A stretch of 63,668 nt of DNA, counting the filler, from Octopus bimaculoides (lineage: Eukaryota): NCBI RefSeq assembly GCF_001194135.2. It is 5 parts of 5 records of this genome, joined end to end, with 100 filler letters (N's around TTAATTAATTAA, not from the genome) between each part and the next. Parts side by side here need not be neighbours in the genome. Positions count along the whole stretch, not along the records: positions 16,807 to 31,456 come from NC_068986.1; positions 31,557 to 52,351 come from NC_068983.1; 3 more parts are not named here. One strand, given 5' to 3'. The first letter of the stretch is position 1. Each line of letters opens with the position of its first letter. Below are positions 25,861-41,112 of the stretch, one piece after another. Made by a program: the position numbers and the translations under genes. The notes beneath the pieces are model-generated. The model did no database searches and was not told where the DNA came from. It saw only the letters and a program-made list of their open reading frames with translations.

Positions 25861-27001
25861 TGAGCCATTTTCCATGAGGATAGAATTATCAATAATGACA
25901 GCAACACCAACAGCAATAACAACGAAGTAACGGCAACAGTTCAGCAACAACAAGAACAATAACAACGACAATAATATCTGCAATATTAACAGCAGATGAT
26001 TTTTCGTAAATGATACATTTGTAAAGAAAACAATAAATAATATCGAATCTATATAATAAAGAAAACCAACAGTAAATATTAAAATCTTTTGACTAGATAC
26101 AAGGTTAATTCTTGTAGGTGGTGTAATACAAAAGCCCATCGCAAGTCGAATCCTGTACATTACATATAATTATTGATATAATTGTTGTAGTGTTGTGGTA
26201 TATGTAATAAACATATAATGTAACAGTAGCTCTCAACGTATAAAGGCGTTTTCAGGGCTGTAATGGTCTCTGTACAGGTTTGCTGGTAACTATATTTCTT
26301 GTTTTGACGAAAGAATCTGAATACAATCAAACAGACTAAGAACAATAGAATATAAAGTTAATAAATGGGCAGCCACTTTATAAACGTGTGTTTGCGTATA
26401 GTTGAAGGTTTATTGCTTTTAAAGAAAACAGCAGCCAATATGGCTACTGTACAGGATGGTCAAAAACACACGCTACTTCGCTAGGTGACACTATATTTGT
26501 AACCGCGGGACATAAATGTCAGAGTGGACCAGTCCACTTAAGAAGAAATAACTGCTACTAAATAGACACAAACTTGCAATATTAAGTTACGGGAATAATG
26601 AATGAATAACGATGTTGCATTAGTTGATATTACTAAGACCAGATCCTACTGTGGATATAACTTTGTATGAGATACTTTTCATTAGTACTAACGAGGGAGC
26701 TCTCACATGGTTGATCGAGCTACTAGAAAAAGTGGCCAAATATCCCTCGAATCAAGACATTAATAAAATACAACTGCAAATTTATGTGATATCTCGACTT
26801 AATAGATAAAGCAGCCAAATCTGCATGAACAACGCGTTAAAAAAATGAAGGACACATTAGATAATATAGTCCAAGACGGAATGGTTTCGATTTTTTATGG
26901 CTTTGTCAAATGCGGAAGGGCAGTGCCTATGACTCTTTACAAGATCTCTATGATTGCTGGGAGGAATGGATTAAAGCATCTGCAGATCAGAGAACTAGCC
27001 A

Positions 27002-27245
27002 AGAAGGCGTCGAGTTGGCAGAATCGTTAGCACGCCGGGCGAAATGCTTAGCGGTATTTCGTCTGCCGTTACGTTTTGAGTTCACATTCCGCCGAGGTCG
27101 ACTTCGCCTTTTATCCTTTTGGGGTCGATAAATTAAGTACCAGTTACGCACTGGGGTCAATGTAATCGACTTAATCCCTTTGTCCGTCGTTTTTTGTCCC
27201 CTCTGTGTGTATTCCCTGGTGGGCAATAAAGAAATAAGAGAACTA
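27002..27245 (+). mobile_element. tRNA-derived SINE (family B, Meta-domain-like core)
   Basis: Head GAGTTGGCAGAATCGTTAGC and core CCGAGGTCGACTT..CCTTT.ATCCTTT.GGGGTCGATAAA.TAAGTACCAG. Superfamily naming is from memory. Confidence 0.85.
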
Positions 27246-30188
27246 GTCAAGAATACTTGCTACAGAGATGATCCTTTAAAGACTCACAGGGATGTGGACC
27301 CTGGCGATAGTAGCATCGCGAGAAGGGGAGCAGGATGGTCCGCCTCGAGTGAAGCGTTTATAGGGACATCACTTTTGGGTCTGCTGTATAAGCGTGTACC
27401 GGACTGAAAGCACGGGATTGGATGATAGCAAACTCAAGGGCTGCTACAGGCGAACACACTCTATCTAAGCCAGTGTATGGCGACGGCTTAAGCTTAGCCC
27501 AAGATCTCATTTGTTTATATGTCTCGTGATCTGTTACGGCTGAGTTGGTGTTAAACAATCACTGGCGTTCATTGGAATTACTGTGATATTACAATTAGCA
27601 TTAAACACTATATTACTGCTACTTGTATCAACAGCAAAGAGGCATGGGTTTGTAGTTGAATTTAATAACATATCTATTCTCGTGTATCACGGGTGTTTAG
27701 TTACAAAGAACACCATGTTAAATGAATCATTCGTAAATAAATAACAGACAATTCGGAAAAAAGGTTTCGTCCTGCAACCTTAAGTTGTCCTGAGCATTGT
27801 GAATGTTCACTTGGGCATGGCTTTGCACTCCAAGCAACATCTTTAACTTATCGTAGACCCCTGTTATCAGAAATCAGTCCGTGATAAGTATAACATGGTT
27901 CATAATTGAACGTAGAGCGGTATCCCGTATCAGTGATGAATGAATCTGTAATAAGCGAGGATAGATATATTTGAACTCAAATAAGTGCGTAAGTTAATGC
28001 TACAGTTAATTTTGTTATTAACTTCAGAAGAAACAGCAGGACGGCATTTGTAAGGGTTTCCAAAGACATTTTAAACTAGATTTGTATGAAAATAATTTCT
28101 ATCACGTCTGGTCAACGATGTGTTGCTTTTTGTATGTAAGAGGAATATAATGCATGGTAGCGAATCGTGTAGCTTCTACTTGGTTGCATGATTTTCTAGA
28201 AACAGCAACTAAATCACATTCTAGTATCTTAAACATGCAAAATCACATTGGATTACGTAAAATAGGATTTTAAATTTTGGGAGGAAAACAGACAGGCTAG
28301 CCATAGCTAGAACATGTATGATTATATCTTTAATGATTTAGAGATTACGTGGGATTAAAAGAATTATCCTCATTTCATATCTTTATTCCATGTGATTTGG
28401 TATGAGTTAAATATTGCTGATGCTAACGTTCGCTAGCTTTCCTAGGATAACGGATTTAAACCAAAAAGCTATACATACTTCGGTAATGAAGTATATATAG
28501 TATGTATTGCTCATCTACCTTTCTCTTTGAAACTGTGTATATATGATCATTTTCTGTTTTTTAATTATTTAAATTCTTGCTTTGAAGAAGCTGGATTCTA
28601 AGAAAGGTACAAGGCTCCACCATTGGACTGTACATAACAAAAAACAATGTAACAGGAAATCTCATGGGTCGGCTTGGTAACGTGTACCATAAGCTTTCGC
28701 AAACGATACGGGGTGCTTATGTAGTCGCATACTGACATAGGCATCTTCTTGGCTCGCTAAAACTTTGATGCTGTGGAACAATTCAGGTATGGTAACTGGT
28801 GGGAGAGAGTGCTGCAGAATCAGACGCAGTTATTCCTTTCAGAGGAGCAGACTGGAGCAATGGTAAATAAAGTACATTACTGCTTGGTTCAAGAATTAAG
28901 TCCACGACCTTACTGACTTGAGCCGAACTTCCTAACCACGAGGCTACTTATTCATAATCACGGAAGGAGGTGAATGACGATTTAATCATTGTCTGGGGTC
29001 GATTAAATAAATACCAGTTGAGCACTAGGGTCAATGTATCCGACTTACTCCTTCCCCGAAACTGCTGGCTTTGTGCCAAAGCTTGAAACCAATAGTGATA
29101 TCTCGGTAAGATGACGATCAGGTTAGCACGCCGGAAAAAATGCTTAACGGCATTTCGTCCATCGTTACATTCGGAGTCTAAATTCCGCCGAAGTTAACTT
29201 TGGTCTTCGTCTTTTACTTTTTACTCGAAAGAAATTTTATTCACCAGTGCGGTGTTGAGCACTCGTTCTCGTTATTCGAAATTTATATATATATATATAT
29301 ATATATATATNNNNNNNNNNNNNNNNNNNNNNNNNNNNNNNNNNNNNNNNNNNNNNNNNNNNNNNNNNNNNNNNNNNNNNNNNNNNNNNNNNNNNNNNNN
29401 NNNNNNNNNNNNNNNNNNNNNNNNNNNNNNNNNNNNNNNNNNNNNNNNNNNNNNNNNNNNNNNNNNNNNNNNNNNNNNNNNNNNNNNNNNNNNNNNNNNN
29501 NNNNNNNNNNNNNNNNNNNNNNNNNNNNNNNNNNNNNNNNNNNNNNNNNNNNNNNNNNNNNNNNNNNNNNNNNNNNNNNNNNNNNNNNNNNNNNNNNNNN
29601 NNNNNNNNNNNNNNNNNNNNNNNNNNNNNNNNNNNNNNNNNNNNNNNNNNNNNNNNNNNNNNNNNNNNNNNNNNNNNNNNNNNNNNNNNNNNNNNNNNNN
29701 NNNNNNNNNNNNNNNATATATATATATATATATATATATACGTATATATATATATATATACATATATGTATATGTATGTATGTATAAGTATATCTATATA
29801 TGTATTACATCTGTATGTATTATATCTGTATGTGTATATATATATATGTGTGTGTGTATGTGTGTGTGTATGTATATGTGTATGTATGCATGTGTGCGCG
29901 TATGTGTGTGCGCGCGCGCGTGTGCGTGTGCATGTGTGTGCGTGTGTGTGTGTGTGTACGTGTGTCTAGAAGTGTGAGTCTGAATACGTGTATACCTATG
30001 GTGCTTGAGTTGGGTGGAATGAAGCAAAAAAAGGTGATGAGAGTCTAATAACTTTCTGCTGCTCTGTGGCTTATTTCCTTTATATCACTTACCTGCTTGG
30101 TTTTAATTACATTAACGACATCTCATGGCCACAGCATAACTGTGATTATTGTATGTTTTCAATACCAATATTTGTTACAACTTACAAG

Positions 30189-30580
30189 TGGAGGTGCAAT
30201 GGTCCAGTGGTTAGGGCAGCGGACACACGGTCGTAGGATCGCAGTTTCGATTCCCAGATCGGGCGTTGTGAGTGTTTATTGAGTGAAAATACCTAAAGCT
30301 CCACAAGGCTCCGGCAGGGGTAGTGGTGGCGCTTTTGGCGAACCCTGCTGTACTCTTTCGCCACAACTTTCTCTCACTGTTTCTTCCTGTGTTTGGTGCA
30401 TCTGCATTTCAAAAGGCCAGCCTTGTCACACTCTGTGTCCCGCTGAATCTACACCAAGAACTACGTTAAGGGTACACGTGTCTGTGGAGTGCTCAGCCAC
30501 TTGCAAGTTAATTTCACGAGCAGGCTGTTCCGTTGATCAGATCAACTGGAACCCTCGTCGTCGTAACCGACGGAGTGCCA
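30189..30580 (+). mobile_element. tRNA-derived SINE (family A), second copy
   Basis: Colinear with 22516-22893 along its whole length. Confidence 0.9.
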
Positions 30581-30879
30581 CATATTAGCTATAAACTAAT
30601 TTAGATAAGTGATTTGAATTTATATTCGTTTGATCTTGTTCGTCGCACACCCGTGAAAGCTGCTCCTTTTAATTATGTCTTAGAAAGTTAAAGAAGTGAT
30701 TTTAAATTCTCAAACGCAGGATAATGCTAATAATATAGCCTGAACAGGATAAACTACCCCTATTTTGCAGAAAAAAGTGTAGGCGGCCTGCTATAAATAT
30801 ATACACACATATATATATAAATATATATGTATGTTTGTATATATATGTATATATGTATATATATATCCTGCATTCTAGC

Positions 30880-31220
30880 ATGCTAGAATGCAGGATGCTA
30901 GGTTGCGAACACAATTGTTTTATGGGGAGTTGCAGCGCGGCAAACGTCCGAGACATAAAACTAAGAAACATTTTAGGGATGCTGTCAAAAGCAACCTTAC
31001 GGCTCTTAATGTGAAAGTTGAAGGCTGGGAGCAGATGACGCAAGACCGATCGATTTGGAAACAAATGATCTACAATAGATGTAAAGCATTTGAGGCTTGA
31101 AGAATTGAACAATCTATCTTGAAACGAGCTCTTCGTAGACAGGACTTAATTACAATCCCAGCCGCTTTTCTGCTTAAAAAATATCTGCAAGATCTGTAGT
31201 AGAGTTTGTTTGTGAAGAGT
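30880..31220 (+). mobile_element. RTE-clade LINE 3' fragment
   Basis: ORF 30888-31100 RLRTQLFYGELQRGKRPRHKTKKHFRDAVKSNL...WEQMTQDRSIWK matches the RTE C-terminal pattern. Confidence 0.8.
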
Positions 31221-33796
31221 AGGACTTGCTAGTCATATAAGATCTCATAATAATGTTTATTAATTGACGAGATAGCCTTCTTCTGTAAAGAAGTGGGAAT
31301 TGTTATATATATGTGTGTCTGAGGTGCGGGTGTGCATGCGCGTGTATATATGCGATTGCTTTTGGTAAGCAGTGTGGATTTTTCAAATTCTGCAAATAGG
31401 AGCAATAACATTTTATAACCTTTAAGTTTATAATATATATATATATGTATATATATNNNNNNNNNNNNNNNNNNNNNNNNNNNNNNNNNNNNNNNNNNNN
31501 TTAATTAATTAANNNNNNNNNNNNNNNNNNNNNNNNNNNNNNNNNNNNNNNNNNNNTATATATCTGTGTGTGTCTGTGTGTGTGTGTGAGTGTGTGTGTG
31601 TGTATGTGTGTGTGTGTGTGTGTGTGTTTACTTTTGAAACATTGAAGCATTATATTTCAACCCGTTCTGTTCGCTTTACATTTGTGGGTGTATTTTGTGT
31701 GACAGTGCTGCGAATCTTAAACTTACTTTGAATCCTAAACCTATTAAATGTACCTCGAGGAATGATGTTCTTCTGTAAAAAACTTTTGATGGTTTACAAG
31801 ACTGTTGTATTCTTTTACTTTTTTACTTGTTTCAGTCATTTTATTGTTCTCATGCTGGAGCATCACCTTGTGGAATTTTTCGTCGAATAAACCGACTTCA
31901 CTTCTTGTTTTTCAACTTTTACTTAATCTAATCGGTTTTGTTGTCGAGCTAGTAAGTTTGAAGGATGAAGACAGATCAACACCGGTTATGTATATGCATG
32001 TACTACATGTATATGTACATCTACTTCAATTTTCGTCTACCAAATTCACTTTGGTCGGCGCGTGTCGATAGTTGAAAATACTTGACTAAGGTGCCATGGA
32101 ATGGTACTGAAAGCTGAACTATGTGGTTGAGAAGCAGGTTTTTTGCCACACATCGTTGGCCAGAGCTTGCTGTGATGGTTTATTAATTATCTGGTATTAC
32201 TACGATTAATCTTCAATTTTATAAAATTCTTCTATTTGTGCTACAGAATATGTCGGCATAAAATCACTTAAGAAAGATAGACATTGTCATGAATGTCATT
32301 TTGAGAATTCAAACGTTAAAAATCATAGTAGCTTGGAAGAAAGCGGTCAGATAAAAGACACTAGATGTTGGTGGTAATATAATATTGATTGTTGATTTTC
32401 CTCTTAGGCAATTCCTGCCAAATATTGGCATGCCACGTGGATAGTGCAGGAAATATTATTACCCGCAAACGTGTTAGCACAGAGATTAGGATTCAAGCGA
32501 TTTTCATAAACACGAATGCGTCTATTGCCCCAGTAATTTTGTTCGTATGTGATTACATCACTGCAAATTCTGCATTTTAACCAAAACCAATATGATCATT
32601 AAACATTATGTTTATAACTAGTAATAGCAGTACATATTATTTCTTCCCTCTAAAATTACTGTGTATGAATCATGTACTATATTTCTCCTAAGGTCAACAA
32701 TTTTACAACTTAATAATAACTAAAATAGCAAACACATCTTATACAGTGAAGGACATTAGTTTCAAACGTCAAACCTACCTTATACTTATTACAGGTACAA
32801 TTAATTTTACCTGAGGATTTTATGTACATTAGCTAAAAGCCATCGCATATGGAAGGCGTTGAACATGTAGTACACATACACCAGGACGTGAATTGAGGAA
32901 CATTTGGCTGCAATTGTTAGCCGGACGTGCGACTAGCTTTCGGTTCCTTGGTCGTTTATCTTACTGGTTTAATACTTAAACCAAACTCAATGAACCCGCA
33001 ATCAGTATTAAATGAGTTCGTTATGGTATAACGCAACCCTCATTTGCATAATGTATATGTAAATTTATGCTTTTATTGTATTCGTGAAATATGTATATCT
33101 ATTACAACTATAAATTTGAAATATTTTTGTTTCCTACAATTTGCTCTTTCAAACAACAATGTTAATGTATAATCGAATGGCTTTATACTGAATCAGATCT
33201 GCTGGCTTGGTTGGGTTGGACCCTTTTAGAAATCCAGTTCAAGTTCACTGACCTGACTTGTAACATCGAAGTCAACTATACAAACGTGCGTTTTCATATT
33301 TAGAACAGGAAAATCGTTCATCATTTGCCGCTTCTTTGATGTAGATATATCCCTTTATCTATTGATGTTTTACACTGTTGACTCACCAAACTCTTTCCAC
33401 ATAGAGATACGCAGAAATATCATGTTATATTCCTTTTCAACATTATATTTTCATATTTTATCTATTTTCTCTTATCTTTCTTTCGAGTTGAATACTACTG
33501 TATTTTAGTGGAATACATTCCAGTAGAATGTCTGCATATTCAACGATTGATTTTAGGAATTTGCTTTTATATTCCATCAGCTTTATTGACATTATATTAG
33601 TAATTCACATTTTAAATTCCTGTTGGAAACCATCCTAGTTTTTAACATCAGTTTCTCACTGATCCATTTCACGTATGATGAAATCTTTCCTAACAAGACA
33701 ATAACAGCTTGCTTACGTTTTACGACATATATATATATATATATATGTATATGTATAACGCTCGGGAATAGAGAAATTCTCTCTCCCTCTCTCTCA

Positions 33797-33841
<45 letters not shown>

Positions 33842-35065
33842 GATATATAGATATATAGGTGCGTGTGTGTGTGTGTGTGTGTGTGTGCGTGTCTGTGAGT
33901 GAATGCTTATGCATATACATACACACACATGCACACAGCACACACAAACGTGCACATGACCATGTGGTTTCACACAGAAGAGCGTGAAAAAAATATAAGA
34001 GAAAAGCTGTTAAATGTGTAGTCAATAAGTGCAAATCGAAGGTTATGGAAATCTTCATAGATGACAAACTGATAAACGAAATGTTGTAACTTTATAAAAA
34101 GTGGAATGTAATCATGGGATGTGTAAATACGCAACGTATGTTGCTGGCTTCGCAATAGAAGAGAGGAAATTTGAATGTACCGAGTAGTACAAGATGTAGA
34201 AATTCCAAGAAACACAAAAGTTGTACAGATCGCAAGGATTGAAATGAATAAGAAAATGTACAAAGAGTGTTCAGTCCACATGTGTCTTTTGGAAGAGACG
34301 AGGGAAAATCCTAGTGTAGATTAAAATGTGCTTGCTAGACGAAGAAATGAGGTAAGGTTCTGAGAAATTGAGGTAAGGTTATGACGTAAGGTTATGAGAA
34401 GTGAGGTAAGGTTATAAGAAAAATAAGAGAAGGTATAAAGTGTAGGCATGTGAGCGAGCGTGGTTATGTGTATGTGTGCGTGTATCTGTGTCTGTGCATG
34501 TGTGAGTGCGTGCATGCGTGTATCTGAATTAGCGAATTAAATATTCGGCTGCAGAGGACATGGGAAAAGTGTGGTCAAGCTGAGTGGTAGTAACCGGAAG
34601 GAGTGGCATGTGACATGCAGAAAGGAAGTGCGTCTGCAAGTGTGGGTATGTGTGTGTGAGTGAGAAAGTAACAATTGCTTTAGCATGCTCTTGTGTATAT
34701 ATCCAATTATCAGGGAAACATAATTATAGAGGAATGGCTACATGAATATGTGTGTGTATATGTATACATATAAATGAGCGGGTGGTAGTTACTGGTAGTA
34801 TGTGAACAGTAACATGATGATGTGTGTAGGTAAGAGTTTCTGTTTGTGTTAGTGTGTTCAGGAGTGTCAGGGAGATAGAAAGATAAGGTGTACGAATGAA
34901 CGTATGAGTAGGGGTTGTGTTGAGGGGTTTGTGTTTGTGGAAATGACGTTGGGGTGTAGAGAATGCGTAGGTGAGAAACAACAAAGCACTTTCCAAGGTT
35001 GAGATGATGGTTAAATGCTGAAATGAATATACGTTTTATATTTTCTTAAGTGGATGATGCATTAT

Positions 35066-35104
<39 letters not shown>

Positions 35105-36626
35105 TGGGGGGGGGCGACTACATTAGATGTAACATTCTTACGACAGATGACCGGCACAACCATAACAACACCAACTCTATTAACACTACCATTACCACCT
35201 TCTACATAATCATCATCCCCAAGACTACAACTATAACTACAATAATCTTTCATGTCCCACCATAATTCCGACAAAATATGTCATCACCATTACGTCATCA
35301 CCGTGTCCCGTTACCTCCACTTGCTGTAAATGCGTACTATCATGAGATACTTTCCTCCGTAGTATTAAACGAGGGTATTAGATTAGCCTCATATTAGTTT
35401 CATCAGCAAAACGCTGCCAAGCCAGCCTAGGGAATATTGTAGGTGGGAATTAATTTTGGAGTTTTTCTTCCATTAGTCTGATTGCTCTCACTGCAGCTGA
35501 GGAGAACAATTTACCCTTACATAATATGTTTAACCCATAGATGTGACCCTAATAGGTGCTAAAGTTCTGGGGGTCAAAATGGATCTGCCCTACCTATTTG
35601 CCGATTATGGAAATATCTACAAAACATACAATTATATTCTTTTTCAATTTAATTGTTTTTCTTGTTAATTCATATCCGCTTTTGTTTTATTTTTAGTTGA
35701 AAAGTTCGAAAAGATTGAAACCGGTACTTAACCGTCACAAAATGTATTTCATGATAGTACTATTTTAGCATTTTCTCCCTTCTCTTATTTTGCTTATATA
35801 TATATATATATATATATTTGTGTGTGTGTGTGTGTGTGTGTGTATCATGCACACATATAGATATACATATACTGTCCACAAACCCCAATTCTGAAGAGAA
35901 TTCAAATTCAGCAGTCACGTCATTTGTACAACTGTCAATAACACGACGGAACGCCAAAGTAAATGAGGTTAATCCAAGTCACATGAATTTATTTCAAACA
36001 TAGAAAATAGGTTATTGGTGGCAAGGAAGTGACTGTGAACAATGACATCAACTGGTCATTTCTAGTATTGAAGAAACAGCAGCTTTTAGATTTTTAGTAC
36101 TGAAAAGAATTCACTCTAGCAGATTAATTATAATCAGGTCACTAGGTTATGAGTTATAATTCAATCTTTACACATTAATATTTACATCTATCAACACTGC
36201 AGATCAATAAATGCGTTTATTCTGTTTACATTCCATTTAACATCACTTATCACAAATGTTACATATGCATATCTCTATCAGATATTCAAACACGACCGTT
36301 AGCATTGTTTGTAATAGCAAAATTTTATTGACACTGATATAATTTTGCACTAAATTGCAAAAGTTGTGTCATGAGAAAAGAAGCGATCAGTGCTGTTGAT
36401 GCTGCACATGGAAATCAATCTCACGAGCCTTTACAAAATAATATTTGAACTCGGTGAGTAAATGTCTTTTAATTCAGATATACAAAACAGATTAAATATG
36501 TGTGTGAATATTTAAAATTACGCAGATCTGTGTTCATATATCATAGACAAAGACCGGTTTGATGATTTTTAATAGAGAATAATAATTCTGTATAAAACAT
36601 TTGGTACAGTTATATATGTATATACA

Positions 36627-36676
<50 letters not shown>

Positions 36677-38729
36677 CATATATATATACGTAATATATGT
36701 GTGTGTGTGTGTTTGTGTATACATACGCACAATAATACATGACTATCTATCTATCTATCTACACATAAACACACATATTTATATATTATACATACATATA
36801 TATATTCGAATATTTTATGTGAAGCATATATGTAATATGTTTTTTTTTCCTTTGTTGTTCTTTGTCTTTTTTTTTCGTTGCTATAGCCCCCTGCAGGTGG
36901 TACAATGTTCATCGAGGGATGGAAGAGTATTAAAAGATAACAGAAATGTTGAAATGTTAGGAAATGGTATTTAGAATAAACCGCAATAATATTTTTCCCG
37001 TCAATTCTGAATACCTCATATCGAAAATCACCTTATTCTATAAAACTTATTTAAAGAAATACTGAATAAAACTGTCATTTTCTTCGATTACAACAGAACC
37101 TAGTTGAATTCAATTTAAAATTTTGCAGTTGAAAGGAAGTAAAGCGAAGAAAGTTTATAGGAAGACACTGCGGTGCAATCAAAATATAGTGAATAACAGC
37201 AAACTGGAGAGTTTTCTAAAACTGAGATATATTAAAGGGTAAGATAACAGATGGCATTCAATGCGTGTACATCCATGTATTTTGTTAATATATAGAGTCA
37301 CTGTGGAGCTGCATACAAATAAATTACACACGCCATATCTCACATAAATACATCTATTTCTATTTCTCTCTATATAACTAAGTGTGTGCATGAGTGTGTA
37401 AGAGATAGGGGGAGAGAGTGGGAGGCAGAGAAGGAGAAAGAGTACGCAAATTCGTCTGTGTTTGCATATAGAATATGCGTACGTACATGTGGCTCTGCGT
37501 CTGTGTAGAATAAAGTTGAGGTTGAACGCATTTTATGAATACTGCATATAAACCACAATGACATCTATATGAATATATTGTCATTATTATTTGGATTTAT
37601 TATTATTCTATTATGATTTGGCTCCATCTATATCATAAACAATATCATTTAGAGATAGTTATCGTTTATAGCAATGCATTGGAACAGCCGTATGTCGATT
37701 ATTTATATACTAGAATTACAAACATTACATATCTAGATCAGAGTTATAAAGTGAAAAGATGAAAAGCTGAATTTAGACCACCGTAAGAGAGAAAGAAGAG
37801 TAAACTTAAATCTGAGGTAAAATTTCAGTTTGTGAAATTTTATTAAGTTAACTCTTACCCTCTGGAAATAACTAGCTTTTATGGCTTATACTTACTATCA
37901 TTTTCACTAAATTGTTATTAGTCATAACGTCTGAAACATGGAGCACAAATAAGGCTGTTCAATGTACGAGAAATATCAGTTATATTCTTCAGAAGGGACG
38001 TCGATATTGCATGAGTTTACCCATTTGCAAGAAAAAGTTGGTAAAATTCTGTATATATTTTGTGAAAGAACAACACCACTGCATTCGGTCTAGTCTAAAC
38101 AGCGACAACCACATAACTACACGAGTTAAAACGAGAAACTCACATAGAGATTTTTTTTTTCCTGTTATTGCGATAATACTGTAGATATTTATATATAGAT
38201 CTTTATGAATCCTTCATGATTTACAGGTTATGTTCGATTGTTTTAAATAGTGATATATGTATTTATCTTCAATATTAGTTGCAAACCGGAATATTGAATA
38301 TCAAAGCATTTTAGAATGATACGTGCCAATGACAACTTTGATATAATAATGATGTTCATAATAATAGTTGTTATTTTCGAAATTTTACGCAACTGTGTAA
38401 ATTGTTACTTTGTTATACCTACAAGTAATATAACAATATATACATACATATATATNNNNNNNNNNNNNNNNNNNNNNNNNNNNNNNNNNNNNNNNNNNNN
38501 NNNNNNNNNNNNNNNNNNNNNNNNNNNNNNNNNNNNNNNNNNNNNNNNNNNNNNNNNNNNNNNNNNNNNNNNNNNNNNNNNNNNNNNNNNNNNNNNNNAT
38601 ATATATATATATATATACGTGCATACATATGTGAGTGTGTGCGTATGTGTATGTGTGCGTCTGCACCTGTGTGTGCGCGCGTGTGTGTGTGTGTGTGTGT
38701 GTATTGGCATTTCATCACATTCAGCGGGT

Positions 38730-38960
38730 TCTGTGACAGTGGCTTACACTACTCTGGCCATATGTAACTTCTGTTATGCCGGGTATGAAAGTTCTCAGCC
38801 ATGTAGTTTACGGCCTCCCTGTCTTTCTTCCCTGCAGTGGGAAGTAGAGTGTCATCCGAAATCTGTTTTCGAATGTGAGTGTTCTGTTAGCCTGAGTATG
38901 TGACCTGGAGATTCAAATCGATTGCATATGCACCATATATCATTCTTGTTTCAACATCTG
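38730..38960 (-). mobile_element. Decayed LINE (RTE-like) C-terminal fragment
   Basis: Minus-strand reading GHILRLTEH...REERQGGRKL resembles the GH..R...R..GRP motif. Confidence 0.5.
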
Positions 38961-40453
38961 GTGAACTCCCAGTATATTAAAAGACAATGGTAACACTACC
39001 ATCCACTCATGATTTTTCACTCATGTTTAACATCCACAATGTTTTTTTCTTCTTTTTAATTTCTTACTTTTTTTCACAAAATGCAAAGTGCTATGATTTT
39101 TAATCTCCGGGAGATACGGTATTTCCCCCAACACTATATTAGCAGAGATAACATCATATATTGGAAGCACAAAGATTTCTCTTTCATATTATGTAAAAGG
39201 AATTTTGAGATTTGAATTTAAGGTAGTCTTCGAATCGTAGTTCTGTTATCTTTGTTTTCCGGGAAGTACGCATTCGCCCTCACGTTTCATTATACATTTC
39301 GTGTTTTGGAAGAGAGATATCACCTTCACAATACTGGATTTTTCTACTTGGCTCAACTATTTAACTGTTGTCATTTCTCAGATGCAGTCTTGACGAGTTT
39401 AACTTATTCACCCGGTACTTATTTTGGTTAAAAACAAATGGTACGTATTGCATCAATTTTTTTTTGTCTTAACCTTCAATTTACAGGGATAGAAACAAAC
39501 CACCACCTTACATCAAATTGTAGAGATCAAGCACAAATACAAATGCATATGTTTTATATACGTATTTGAAGAGTCTATAAGAAATGAACGGCGTATAACA
39601 AAATAATTTGCTTTTATGTTTTAATACCCTTCAAATCAGATGCATGATAAAGAAATTTTAAAAGATAACCACTTGTTAAAGGTTAACAGGCAATAATTGT
39701 CATAGTGTGTAGAAAATCGTGGTCTCACCTACTACCTATCTATATTCCGTTTTTGTGTGTAGAAAGTCGTAGAAAGTGTACAACTATTTGATAATGGGCA
39801 GATATTTTATATCAGTTTAGTTTATCCTGTGATATATATATAAATTTGAAATTGTACGCTGCAATCATTTATTCATATTTAAAGTGTGAAGAGTTAAATG
39901 CATTTTCGTTAATGTGAGATGTACAGAACTACGTATTTCGGACGTTTAATCCCTTGGCTAGCAACTGAAATGGGCATTGCGTGTTCAAACTTAAACTTCA
40001 GAATTCTTGACATCTCATGTTAGATATTTAAATCAATCACTGATCTATACATTTATTGCTGTATTCAGCAGGTGATGCAGTCCTAGACACAAATCAGAGA
40101 CAAACGCCAATGATTTATGCCGTAAGTAGAAGGTGAGAAATGAGATCAGGGGCGAAGCAGTGCTACAAGACATTTAGTAATGAAAGCATTAATCCATAGG
40201 CTTAAGATATGATCCATATAATTATAAGATATTGGGCTCCTCCAAAGGCATCTAAAACCTAAAAACAGAATTATACATTGATGTAGGTTGGATGAATTAG
40301 CCAGCCTGTGAGTATGATATTGCCTCAGAAAATGTCCATTTTAATGAAAATACAACATGTATATGAATAATTTACTTTTCCATGCATGTGTGTAAGTATG
40401 TAGGCAAGTAGGTAAGTTGGCAGGTAGGTAGTTATCTATTTCTCTATCTGTCT

Positions 40454-40503
<50 letters not shown>

Positions 40504-41074
40504 ATATATGTGTGTGAGTGTGTGTGTACACACATAAGCGTGTGTGTGTTTATGTATGTAAATAAATGTGTGGGCATATATATATATATATGCATACATT
40601 TGTTCATTTATATAGACGCTTACTTCACTATTACTTATATTGTAACAGTAATATAAATAAGTAAATGCCACAGTGTTTCGTCATGCATCTCCGACCTCAT
40701 CATTGCTATTCTCTCCTCTTTCTATTAATTCAATTTCTGACCAGTGATGCTGGCAATTCTGATGTAGTAGTCGCGGATACATTCTTCATTTTTTTTTTTT
40801 TACATTTGTCTCTCATTTTCTTTTTCCTTATTCAATTTATCTTGTTTTACATTTTCATACTAATAATGTATTTTCCTTTTCCTTTCTCTCTTATATTCAG
40901 GCATATTTTCTCTTTTTATTTATGGTATTACGGTAGGATGGACAATACCCCGTTGCACTTTGTGAAATACTCAATTTCCATATTATCTTTCTTCCTCTCG
41001 TTCATTCTGTCTTACTCAATCTCTACTCATCTCTCTCCCCATCGCTCTCTCTCTATCTCTTTCTTTCGCTCTAG

Positions 41075-41112
<38 letters not shown>

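Noticed and set aside
36011-36095. VIGGKEVTVNNDINW, resembling a trypsin N-terminus
   Set aside because: The acceptor is weak, there is no Cys or His catalytic motif, the frame closes after 28 codons and no donor was found.
37993-38040. HExxH motif (LHEFTH) suggesting a zinc metalloprotease
   Set aside because: A 5-residue motif in a 48-nt segment with no other protease-like exon nearby is compatible with chance. It is kept only in the low-interest exon chain.
38838-38874. Apparent 37-nt exon with strong acceptor and GTGAGT donor
   Set aside because: It lies antisense within a decayed LINE C-terminal fragment, which explains the sequence.
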